Part shown: positions 1 through 7,907 of the stretch, piece after piece
Numbering within the stretch: position 1 is the stretch's first letter
Layout of the letters: each line of letters starts with the position of its first letter
NCBI RefSeq assembly: GCF_000014785.1
Contig: NC_008340.1
Span: 1,950,001-1,982,000 of the forward strand
DNA length: 32,000 bases
Reading direction: 5' to 3'
From: Alkalilimnicola ehrlichii MLHE-1
GTDB taxonomy: Bacteria; Pseudomonadota; Gammaproteobacteria; Nitrococcales; Halorhodospiraceae
Position numbers and translations under genes: made by a program
Notes under the pieces: model-generated
What the model saw: the letters and a program-made list of their open reading frames with translations, nothing else
What the model was told of the DNA's origin: nothing
Database searches by the model: none

Positions 1-662
1 GCAAGGTGCTGGTCACCAACTATGAGATCTGGAACAACAACCCGGAAAAAGTGCTCGGCCTAACGGAAGAATGGGTTGAGAAACACCCCAATACCCACAG
101 AGCCTTGCTGCAGGCATTGATCCAGACCAATAAGTGGATGGACGAGCCCGAGAACCGCGAGGAGGTCGTGGACATCATCTCCCGCCGGGCCTACGTCAAC
201 GCACCACCCCATGTGGTGGGCATGTCTATGAAGGGCACACTGCAGTTCCAGCGGGACGAGAAGCCGCGCCCGTTCCCGGATTTCAACGTCTTCCACCGAT
301 ATGCCGCCACCTACCCGTGGCGCTCCCACGCCGTCTGGTTCCTGACCCAGATGGTGCGTTGGGGTCAGCTACGCGAGCCGGAGGATCTGCTCAAAGTCGC
401 CGAGCGGGTCTACCGGCCCGACCTTTATCGTGAGGCCGCCCGTGCCGTGGGCGAGCCCTACCCCACCATCGATTACAAAAGCGAAGGCACGCGGGATAAG
501 CCTTGGACCCTCCAGGAGGCCAGCCACCCCATTGAGATGGGGCCGGACCGCTTCCTCGATGGCCGCACTTTCGACCCCCGGGATGTCATGGCTTACCTGG
601 AAGGCTTTGATGTGCACTCCCGGGCCCTGAGCCTGCCGCAACTGGCCGAATTGAACGGCTGA
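1..662 (+). CDS. nrtA: Nitrate ABC transporter substrate-binding protein, C-terminal part (5' end outside window)
   Basis: Open frame runs in from the left edge. Translation VTNYEIWNNNPEKVLGLTEEW...NAPPHVVGMSMKGTLQF...FHRYAATYPWRSHAVWFLTQM is NrtA/NasF-like. Immediately upstream of permease and ATPase genes. Confidence 0.88.
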   Translation, partial: KVLVTNYEIWNNNPEKVLGLTEEWVEKHPNTHRALLQALIQTNKWMDEPENREEVVDIISRRAYVNAPPHVVGMSMKGTLQFQRDEKPRPFPDFNVFHRYAATYPWRSHAVWFLTQMVRWGQLREPEDLLKVAERVYRPDLYREAARAVGEPYPTIDYKSEGTRDKPWTLQEASHPIEMGPDRFLDGRTFDPRDVMAYLEGFDVHSRALSLPQLAELNG

Positions 663-672
663 GGAGACGCTC

Positions 673-1608
673 ATGGTTGCCAACACTTACGATATCAGCG
701 CCTCTACCGCCGACAGGCGGTCTGAGGAGGCCACCACCAGGCCTTTGGCCCGTTCCGCCGCTGCCGACACACGGCGTCCCACCGCGGACGTAGCACCCGT
801 AGAATGCCGGCGCTGGGAACAGATGGTCGCAAGCCTGCAAACCGTTACCCGGTTGGTCACGCTACCCACCCTGACCTTCCTGATCGTACTCGCGGTTTGG
901 GCAACGACCCAGAGCACCGTTGCGCCGGACCTGCCCACCGTGGGCGAAACGTGGCAGCGGGCCGTCACGCTTTTCTCCGACCCCTTTTACGACTATGGCC
1001 CCAACGACATGGGCATCGGCTGGCAGGTGACCTACTCGCTGGGCCGGGTGCTCGGCGGGTTCTTCCTGGCGTTGCTCGTGGGCATTCCAGTCGGGCTGAT
1101 GATGGGCACCAGCGAAGTCTGTCGGCGCGCCTGGGGGCCACTGATCCAGATCCTGCGCCCGGTCAGCCCGCTGGCCTGGCTGCCCATCGGCCTGCTGCTC
1201 TTCCGGGCGGTGGACCCCTCGGCCATCTTTGTGATCTTCATCACCAGCATATGGCCCATCATCCTGAACACCTCCGCGGGCGTACAGGCGATTCCACGGG
1301 ACTACATGAATGTCTCCCGCGTCCTTCAGTTGAACCGCCTCGAGATCACCCGAAAAATCCTGCTGCCGGCGGCACTGCCTCACATGCTCACCGGCATGCG
1401 CCTCTCCCTAGGTATCGCCTGGATGGTCATTGTGGCCGCGGAGATGCTCACCGGTGGGATCGGTATCGGCTTTTTCGTCTGGGACGAGTGGAACAACCTC
1501 AATGTCGCCTCGATTCTCGTGGCCATTCTGGTCATCGGTCTCGTGGGCATTGCCCTGGATACCGTCATGAATCTGGTCCAGCGCCGCCTGGACTACACCC
1601 AGCGCTGA
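673..1608 (+). CDS. nrtB: Nitrate ABC transporter permease
   Basis: 311 aa with multiple hydrophobic segments and a BPD-type permease pattern (SLGRVLGGFFLALLVGIPVGLMMG...LPAALPHMLTGMRLSLGIAWMVIVAAEM). Sits between nrtA and the ATPase. Confidence 0.92.
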   Translation: MVANTYDISASTADRRSEEATTRPLARSAAADTRRPTADVAPVECRRWEQMVASLQTVTRLVTLPTLTFLIVLAVWATTQSTVAPDLPTVGETWQRAVTLFSDPFYDYGPNDMGIGWQVTYSLGRVLGGFFLALLVGIPVGLMMGTSEVCRRAWGPLIQILRPVSPLAWLPIGLLLFRAVDPSAIFVIFITSIWPIILNTSAGVQAIPRDYMNVSRVLQLNRLEITRKILLPAALPHMLTGMRLSLGIAWMVIVAAEMLTGGIGIGFFVWDEWNNLNVASILVAILVIGLVGIALDTVMNLVQRRLDYTQR

Positions 1609-1625
1609 ACAGGGGAGAAGACATC

Positions 1626-2417
1626 ATGAATAGCTACCTGAGCCTCGAAGGCATCGACATGAGTTTCGACACCCCGCGCGGCAAGTTGGAGGTGTTGCGC
1701 AGCGTCGATCTACGGATTCAGAAAGGGGAGTACACATCGATCATCGGCCATTCCGGCTGCGGCAAATCCACGGTACTGAATATCGTGGCCGGTCTGCTGC
1801 AGGCGACCCGCGGGGGGGTGCTGCTGGACAACCGGGAGGTGAACAGCCCCGCCCCGGACCGCGCGGTGGTATTCCAGAATCACTCGCTGCTCCCCTGGCT
1901 GACGGTCTACGACAACGTGCGCTTGGCCGTGGACAAGGTTTTCGCGACAGATAGCGCCGTCCGGCGCCACGAACGCACCATGGAGAAGCTCGAACTGGTG
2001 CAGATGACGCATGCTCGGGAGCAGTATCCCAGCGAGGTGTCCGGTGGCATGAAGCAGCGCGTGGGCATCGCGCGAGCCCTGGCCATGGAACCCAAGGTCC
2101 TGCTCATGGACGAGCCGTTCGGCGCATTGGATGCGCTCACCCGGGCCCACTTGCAGGATTCCGTCATGGAGATCCATCAACGCCTGGGTAATACCGTCAT
2201 CATGATCACGCACGATGTGGACGAGGCGGTACTCCTGTCTGATCGGATCGTCATGATGACCAACGGCCCGTCGGCCACTATCGGTGAGAACCTCACGGTA
2301 GACCTGGCACGCCCGCGGAACCGGCTCGCCCTGGCCGAAGACCCCAGATTCCACCAGTACCGCGCCGCTGTTCTGCGCTTCCTGCACGCACGGCACGGCA
2401 ACCCGGAGGCGGCCTGA
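1626..2417 (+). CDS. nrtD: Nitrate ABC transporter ATP-binding protein
   Basis: ATG at 1626. Walker A GHSGCGKST, signature VSGGMKQRVGIARALAMEPKVLLMDEPFGALDA, H-loop MITHDVDEA, nitrate/taurine-type ATPase. Confidence 0.92.
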   Translation: MNSYLSLEGIDMSFDTPRGKLEVLRSVDLRIQKGEYTSIIGHSGCGKSTVLNIVAGLLQATRGGVLLDNREVNSPAPDRAVVFQNHSLLPWLTVYDNVRLAVDKVFATDSAVRRHERTMEKLELVQMTHAREQYPSEVSGGMKQRVGIARALAMEPKVLLMDEPFGALDALTRAHLQDSVMEIHQRLGNTVIMITHDVDEAVLLSDRIVMMTNGPSATIGENLTVDLARPRNRLALAEDPRFHQYRAAVLRFLHARHGNPEAA

Positions 2418-2435
2418 GCGCTGCGGGAGGGTCTT

Positions 2436-3329
2436 ATGAAAGAACTGCCCGTTTATCTCAATCGGACAGGCCGAGACGTGCTGGTGGACGGCGGCGACGC
2501 GACCGGCCTCGGCGAAGTTTATCTCGTGGGCGCAGGTCCGGGCGACCCGGAACTGCTCACTCTCCGTGCTGTTCGGCTGCTTCAGCAGGCGGATGTGGTG
2601 GTCCACGACCGCCTGGTCTCCCGGGCCGTGCTGGATCTGGTGAGCGAGGACGTGGAAAGGATCTTTGTCGGCAAGCAAGGCTTTCGCGATGGCCATCGGC
2701 AAAGACGCATAAACGACATAATGATTGAAAAGGCCCGCCAGGGGATGCGAGTCGCACGCCTGAAGGGCGGCGACCCCTTCGTATTCGGGCGCGGTGGCGA
2801 GGAGTTGGAGGCCCTGGCGAATGCCGGGATCCGGTTCCAGGTGGTCCCGGGCGTGACTGCGGCCACGGGTTGCGCGGCCTACGCCGGCATCCCCCTCACC
2901 CATCGCGAGCACGCCCAGTCCGTTCGTTTCATCACCGCCCACACCCGTAGGGGACGGCTAGACTTGGGCAGGCAGCGGCTCGACGTGGCGGGCGAGACCC
3001 TGGTCTTGTATATGGGGCTGACCCATGTGGACCAACTCTGTAGTGAGTTACAGCGCCTGGGACAGCCGGAAACGCGTCCGGTCGCCGTCGTGGTTCAAGG
3101 GACCACTGGCCATCAGCGGGTGATCGAGGGGACACTGGCCACTCTTCCGAGCCGGGTGGCGGAGACGACGGTCGGCTCGCCGGGATTGCTCATCGTGGGC
3201 GAGGTGGTCCGTCTCCGCCGACGACTGGCCTGGTTTGAGGGCACTGGCACTGGTAACGCCCCCTTCCCCACCCTGGTACAAGCCTTGACGGGGACACCGG
3301 CCGGGAACAAAAGGGTAGAGGTGGCATGA
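2436..3329 (+). CDS. cobA: Uroporphyrinogen-III C-methyltransferase (SUMT) with a short CysG-like N-terminal leader
   Basis: YLVGAGPGDPELLTLRAVRLLQQADVVVHDRLVS, RLKGGDPFVFGRGGEELEAL, VVPGVTAATGCAAYAGIPLTHR are SUMT hallmarks. 18 bp downstream of nrtD. Confidence 0.93.
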   Translation: MKELPVYLNRTGRDVLVDGGDATGLGEVYLVGAGPGDPELLTLRAVRLLQQADVVVHDRLVSRAVLDLVSEDVERIFVGKQGFRDGHRQRRINDIMIEKARQGMRVARLKGGDPFVFGRGGEELEALANAGIRFQVVPGVTAATGCAAYAGIPLTHREHAQSVRFITAHTRRGRLDLGRQRLDVAGETLVLYMGLTHVDQLCSELQRLGQPETRPVAVVVQGTTGHQRVIEGTLATLPSRVAETTVGSPGLLIVGEVVRLRRRLAWFEGTGTGNAPFPTLVQALTGTPAGNKRVEVA

Positions 3330-4171
3330 GCGAGCGGATTGACCGGAATGCGTTAGCGGATAGCCTGGCCGGACGCCATGTGGCCATTCCCGAGTCCCGG
3401 CAACTGGAGGTGCTGGCCGGGCTCTTGGAGCGTCGAGGCGCCCGTGTCTGGCGGTGCCCGTTGGTGGGCATTCACGACGTGGCGAATCCGGCACCAGTAG
3501 ATGACTGGCTGCGCGACTTCGTGGCCGATCCGCCCGACCTGTTGATCCTGCTGACCGGGGAAGGCCTCCGCAGGCTACTGAGCCGGTGCGAGGCCATCGG
3601 TTTGCGCGACGCATTCCTGAACGCATTGAGCGGCACATCCGTGCTCTGCCGGGGGCCAAAACCCGCGCGTGTGCTTCAGGAACTGGCCTTGACGCCGGAT
3701 CGGATGGCCGTCGAGGCGACCACCGAGGGCGTTATCCGGACCCTGAACGGCGACGAGTTGCAAGGTCGCCGTGTTGCCGTTCAACTCTACGGAACCAACC
3801 CCAACCAGCGGCTCATGGACTATCTGAAGAAGGCCGGTGCCCACACCACCACCGTGGCGCCCTACGTCTACGCTGACGAGGCCGAGGACGACGAGGTCCG
3901 GCAACTGGTGGTCGCCCTGGGCGAAGGCCGACTGGATGCGCTGATCCTGACGAGCAGCCCGCAGGTACAGCGCCTGCTGCAGGTAGCCAAAGCAGGCAAC
4001 CTGGAAGAGCTCCTGCGCGATGGCCTCCGGCAATGCACTGTGGCTGCCATCGGGCCGGTCGTGGCCCGAGCCCTGAGGGAGCGGGCACTGCCAGTGGACC
4101 TGATGCCGGAACACCGATGGTTCATGAAACCCCTGGTACAGGCACTGGCCAAGCACCTCGGCCCCGCCTAG
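3326..4171 (+). CDS. Uroporphyrinogen-III synthase (HemD)-like protein
   Basis: 281 aa, ATGA overlap with the upstream SUMT gene. Repeated HemD-type segments (GRHVAIPESRQLEVLAGLLERRGARVWRCPLVGI; LDALILTSSPQVQRLLQVAK; CTVAAIGPVVARALRERALPVDLMP). Confidence 0.78.
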   Translation: MSERIDRNALADSLAGRHVAIPESRQLEVLAGLLERRGARVWRCPLVGIHDVANPAPVDDWLRDFVADPPDLLILLTGEGLRRLLSRCEAIGLRDAFLNALSGTSVLCRGPKPARVLQELALTPDRMAVEATTEGVIRTLNGDELQGRRVAVQLYGTNPNQRLMDYLKKAGAHTTTVAPYVYADEAEDDEVRQLVVALGEGRLDALILTSSPQVQRLLQVAKAGNLEELLRDGLRQCTVAAIGPVVARALRERALPVDLMPEHRWFMKPLVQALAKHLGPA

Positions 4172-4209
4172 CGCTCCGGACCCCATGCCGGGGCGCCACC
4201 GTGCGGGAC

Positions 4210-5505
4210 TTACCGTCCCACCCCCTTGAACATATCCGCCAGATCAATGGTCGCCCGGGCCACATCGACCAACTTCTTGTTCTGAGTCATAGCCAGCTTA
4301 CGCATGAACCGGTAAGCCTCATCCTCAGTCATGTCCCGGTGGGTCATAATCAGACCCTTGGCCTTCTCAATGGACTTGCGCTCCTCCAACGCAGCCTGGG
4401 CCTCCCGCAACTGCTCGCCCATCTCGTGCAGGCGGAGCGACTGGGACTGCACCAGATCGATCAGCGAGCGGCCCAAACGGGGGCTGGCGCAGCCGGCGTC
4501 GTAGGTTTCTTCCACCGGAGGTGCATCGGCGGGCGGGTCATAAAAGATGGCGAAAGACCCCGGCCCCGGCTGTTCAACCAGGGTGTCCAGCTCGATCCGG
4601 TGCTTGTCCAAATCCGCCCGGGCGTCCTCGAGTTTTCGTGCGCAGAGCTCAGTCAGGGCTACCTCCAGACGGTCCTCCACCTCCTTGATCGCATTGATCC
4701 GGGCAGTTGTCAGTTCGAACCAGTCATCGCAGAGCGATTGCTCGGCCTGCCCTTCCTGCACGGAGGCGAAGGCGATGCGCCGGAACCGCTCCAGCGTGGT
4801 CATGGCCTCGCGACTGATCGCCCCCCGCCACGCATCCAGAGAGCGCGAATCGGCGAACTCCATAAAGATCTGAAAGCAGCGCTCCTGGTGGTCTATCAAT
4901 TGTTGTAGCCGTCCGGAAAGGGGCTCGTCGAACCCGCCACGGGCGAAGCCAGCAGCGCCCACAGCGCGCTCCTGCCCGGCCAACTCCTTACCCTGCATGA
5001 GATGAAACATGGCCACCAGTACGCGCGAGATATCCGGATCGGCGGCCGCATCAGCCGCCTCGAAGACCACAGCGAGCAGACCGCGCACCAGTTCACTGTA
5101 GCCCTCGATGATGGCCTCCGGGGACAGTTTCAGACCCCGGATTTCACGGCGCACGGCGCGCAGTTCATCGAGCCCGTGAAGGGCATAAGCGATCCGGGCG
5201 AACAGGCGAACGAACCCCGGGCTGCAGAGCCGTTGCGTGTCCAGCTCGGCGAGCCGCTCACGAAACGCTTGCTCCCTGTCTCGGGTTTCCTCTACCCGCC
5301 GCGCCAACCGTTCACCGGCCCGCTCGCCACGGGACGCCACATGGAGGTTGGACAGGCCCCGCTCCTGCTGGAGCGCATGCACCAAGTCACTGACCGCGGC
5401 CACCAGGCGGCCCATGTGTAGCAGATGATCCAGGCCCAGGATTTCACAACGTTTGGAGGCCAGCAGATAGTCGGCGACCTCCTGAGTGGCGCTGGTATTC
5501 GCCAT
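4210..5505 (-). CDS. nasR: Nitrate/nitrite-responsive antitermination regulator (NIT sensor domain + C-terminal ANTAR RNA-binding domain), NasR-type
   Basis: 431 aa. N-terminus LVAAVSDLVHALQQERGLSNLHVASRG is NIT-like. C-terminus LEERKSIEKAKGLIMTHRDMTEDEAYRFMRKLAMTQNKKLVDVARATID is ANTAR. Convergent to the nrt operon. Confidence 0.87.
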   Translation of the reverse strand: MANTSATQEVADYLLASKRCEILGLDHLLHMGRLVAAVSDLVHALQQERGLSNLHVASRGERAGERLARRVEETRDREQAFRERLAELDTQRLCSPGFVRLFARIAYALHGLDELRAVRREIRGLKLSPEAIIEGYSELVRGLLAVVFEAADAAADPDISRVLVAMFHLMQGKELAGQERAVGAAGFARGGFDEPLSGRLQQLIDHQERCFQIFMEFADSRSLDAWRGAISREAMTTLERFRRIAFASVQEGQAEQSLCDDWFELTTARINAIKEVEDRLEVALTELCARKLEDARADLDKHRIELDTLVEQPGPGSFAIFYDPPADAPPVEETYDAGCASPRLGRSLIDLVQSQSLRLHEMGEQLREAQAALEERKSIEKAKGLIMTHRDMTEDEAYRFMRKLAMTQNKKLVDVARATIDLADMFKGVGR

Positions 5506-5580
5506 AGTGCCCCTTGTCGTTCGTAGCCTGAGAAAATCACCCGACGGATCTGCCGCCAGGGCCTGATCTCAGTCAGCATG

Positions 5581-5596
5581 TGCAAATTCCAGGCCA
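5581..5596 (-). promoter_or_regulatory. Putative sigma54 (-24/-12) promoter element upstream of nasR
   Basis: Minus strand reads TGGCCTGGAATTTGCA. Against TGGCAC-R-N4-TTGCW it keeps the GG-N10-GC spacing and differs only at positions 5 and 6. About 75 bp upstream of the nasR ATG. Confidence 0.45.
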
Positions 5597-5664
5597 ATCA
5601 GAAAGGATGCACTATATCCATATTTATCTCTATTTTCCGGTTGTTACATACCTCCACCCTGAGC

Positions 5665-5712
5665 GCACCATCGCGCCGTGCGCGATAATGGTGCACCGCA
5701 CCATAATACTGG
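5665..5712. promoter_or_regulatory. Clustered GCACC/GGTGC dyads resembling NtrC enhancer sites
   Basis: Minus strand TGCACC-ATTAT-CGCGCA (5695-5679) matches TGCACC-N5-GGTGCA at 10/12. CCAGT-ATTAT-GGTGC (5712-5698) keeps one perfect half. Also an inverted repeat GCACCAT-CGCGC / GCGCG-ata-ATGGTGC (5665-5694). Confidence 0.4.
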
Positions 5713-5831
5713 TCATATTGCCCCGGTATAGCGCCCCGGCGAGGTAAGCAGCGCCTCAACTATCCCACCCTTCACCGCTTACGGCGGGAACCCGCGATGC
5801 CTCCCGGTGATTCGCGATTGGGGCACACGGG

Positions 5832-6506
5832 TCACTGACGCAGGAAACGCCCACACCCCGGATAGGTTCTGGTGTCCACGCGCAGTTCCACGGTGGCATT
5901 GAAGCGCTCGCCGCTCATGCTGTCGCGACAGGTGGCGCGCTGGATGTGCAGTTCCACCCGGTGGTCATCGGACTCAACCCGGAATGCCGTGCCACCGTCC
6001 GGGGTGATGAAGGGGCTGATCCGGTCGAAGGCCAGTTCCCGCTCCCCGTAGTCCAGGGTAAGCGTGAGTGCCGGCGTCTGGTTGTTGTTCACTTCGGCCA
6101 TCCAGCCCGGCTCCTGGCCCACGGCCCAGAAGCCGGCCCCGCGAAGCTCCGCGGCCCGCCACGGGGGCAGGTGGTCAGTGGCCCGGCAGCGCAGCGGCTC
6201 GTCCCCGTCGAGCGTGAACCGGGCCTCGTCCATGCCTTTGACGTGGAACTCGTCGCCGTGGCGGTTCCGGTAACGGGCGCCGGATGCGGCCTCTTCCGCC
6301 GCCAGGCCGAGGGTGCCCATGCCGATGTGCAGAATCACGCCGTCCGCCTCGAACTCGGCGCGCACCCGGGTCTCACCGCACTGGTAGGCCTGATCCTGCC
6401 CAGTGGCAGGCATGTCATCCCCGCCACCGCCCTGGGCGGCGGCACAGCCGGCCAGGGCTACGACCAGGGGGGCGATCAGGGTCAGGGGGGCCCGAAGAAC
6501 GGCCAT
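5832..6506 (-). CDS. Lipoprotein with MliC-like (lysozyme inhibitor fold) and COG3650-like domains
   Basis: Signal peptide with lipobox LAGC. YQCGETRVRAEF...SGARYRNRHGDEFHVKG resembles MliC. GFWAVGQEPGWMAEV...LTLDYGE resembles COG3650. Confidence 0.65.
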   Translation of the reverse strand: MAVLRAPLTLIAPLVVALAGCAAAQGGGGDDMPATGQDQAYQCGETRVRAEFEADGVILHIGMGTLGLAAEEAASGARYRNRHGDEFHVKGMDEARFTLDGDEPLRCRATDHLPPWRAAELRGAGFWAVGQEPGWMAEVNNNQTPALTLTLDYGERELAFDRISPFITPDGGTAFRVESDDHRVELHIQRATCRDSMSGERFNATVELRVDTRTYPGCGRFLRQ

Positions 6507-6521
6507 GGTTGACGCCTCCCG

Positions 6522-7907
6522 TCAGTCCGGCCGTTTCAGGCCGGCGTCGCGGTCCATTTCATGCAGGCGTTCCAGGCGCTCGGCGATACGCGCCTCCAGC
6601 CCGCGCTCCGGCGGCCGGTAGTAGCGGCGCACGCCCATGGCCTCGGGGAAGTAGTTCTCACCGGCGGCGTAGGCATCCGGCTCGTCGTGGGCGTAGCGGT
6701 AGGCGCGGCCGTAGCCCAGCTCCTTCATCAATCGCGTGGGGGCATTGCGCAGGTGCACCGGGATCTCCTGGCTGCCCTGCTCGCGCGCGTCGCGCATGGC
6801 CGCGTTAAAGGCCGCATACACCGCGTTGCTCTTGGGCACGCTGGCCATGTAGACCACCGCCTGGGCCAGGGCCAGTTCGCCCTCCGGGCTGCCGAGGCGC
6901 TCGTAGGCCTCGACGCCATCCAGGGCCATCTGCAGGGCGCGCGGGTCGGCGTTGCCGATGTCCTCCGAGGCCATGCGGATCACCCGCCGACCGATGTAGA
7001 GCGGGTCGCAACCACCATCGAGCATGCGGCAGAACCAGTAGAGCGTGGCGTCGGGGTCAGAGCCGCGTACCGACTTGTGCAGGGCGGAGATCTGCTCGTA
7101 GAAGGCATCGCCGCCCTTGTCGAAGCGTCGGGTGCCACCGGCCACCGCCTCCCGGATGGCCGCCTCGTCCACGGTGTCCGACTCCGCTAGGTCGGCGGCG
7201 ATCTCCAGGGTGGTCAGCGCCCGGCGGGCGTCGCCGTCGGCGGCCCGCACCACCAGCCGCAGGGCGTCGTCGGTAAGCCGCACCCGACCGCCATAACCGC
7301 GCTCCGGCTCCGCCAGGGCCTGGCGGACGATGCCCTCGATGGCGACCTCGTCCAGGGCCCGGAGCACGTAGACCCGGGCCCGCGACAGCAGGGCGTTGTT
7401 GAGCTCGAAGGAGGGGTTTTCGGTGGTGGCACCGATGAAGATGACCGTGCCGTCCTCCACCCAGGGCAGAAAGGCGTCCTGCTGCGCCTTGTTGAACCGG
7501 TGCACCTCGTCCACGAACAGCAGGGTGCGCCCCCCCGCGGCCCGCACCCGGGTGGCCTCCTCCATGGCCGCGCGGATGTCCTTGACCCCGGCCATGACCG
7601 CCGAGAGGGTGAGAAAACGTGCCTCGGCCGCCTCCGCCACCAGCCGCGCCAGGGTGGTCTTGCCAGTGCCGGGCGGCCCCCAGAGGATCATGCTGTGGGG
7701 CCGCCCGGCGCGGATGCCCTCGCGCAGCGATCGCCCCTCGCCCAGGATGTGGTCCTGACCGATGAACTCATCCAGGGTGCGCGGCCGCATGCGATCGGCC
7801 AACGGCCGGGCGGCCAGATCGGCACCCTCGCGCTCCGGCGCGTCGGCCCCGGGGCCCGCGCCGGCTGGCTCCGGATCCAACCCGGGCAACCCCTCCTGGT
7901 GGCTCAA
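6522..7907 (-). CDS. rarA: Replication-associated recombination protein A (AAA+ ATPase)
   Basis: PLADRMRPRTLDEFIGQDHILGEGRSLREGI, Walker A WGPPGTGKTTLARL, LLFVDEVHRFNKAQQDAFLPWVE, C-terminal PTRLMKELGYGRAYRYAHDEP. TTG start. Confidence 0.95.
   Translation of the reverse strand: MSHQEGLPGLDPEPAGAGPGADAPEREGADLAARPLADRMRPRTLDEFIGQDHILGEGRSLREGIRAGRPHSMILWGPPGTGKTTLARLVAEAAEARFLTLSAVMAGVKDIRAAMEEATRVRAAGGRTLLFVDEVHRFNKAQQDAFLPWVEDGTVIFIGATTENPSFELNNALLSRARVYVLRALDEVAIEGIVRQALAEPERGYGGRVRLTDDALRLVVRAADGDARRALTTLEIAADLAESDTVDEAAIREAVAGGTRRFDKGGDAFYEQISALHKSVRGSDPDATLYWFCRMLDGGCDPLYIGRRVIRMASEDIGNADPRALQMALDGVEAYERLGSPEGELALAQAVVYMASVPKSNAVYAAFNAAMRDAREQGSQEIPVHLRNAPTRLMKELGYGRAYRYAHDEPDAYAAGENYFPEAMGVRRYYRPPERGLEARIAERLERLHEMDRDAGLKRPD

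Noticed and set aside
1710-2942. 410-aa minus-strand ORF across nrtD and cobA
   Set aside because: Spans two well-supported sense genes. Typical third-position GC artefact.
4155-4197. GCCCCG...CGGGGC inverted repeat between the convergent hemD-like and nasR genes
   Set aside because: Positioned like a bidirectional terminator but lacks a T-tract and has a long loop. Not strong enough to call as a feature.
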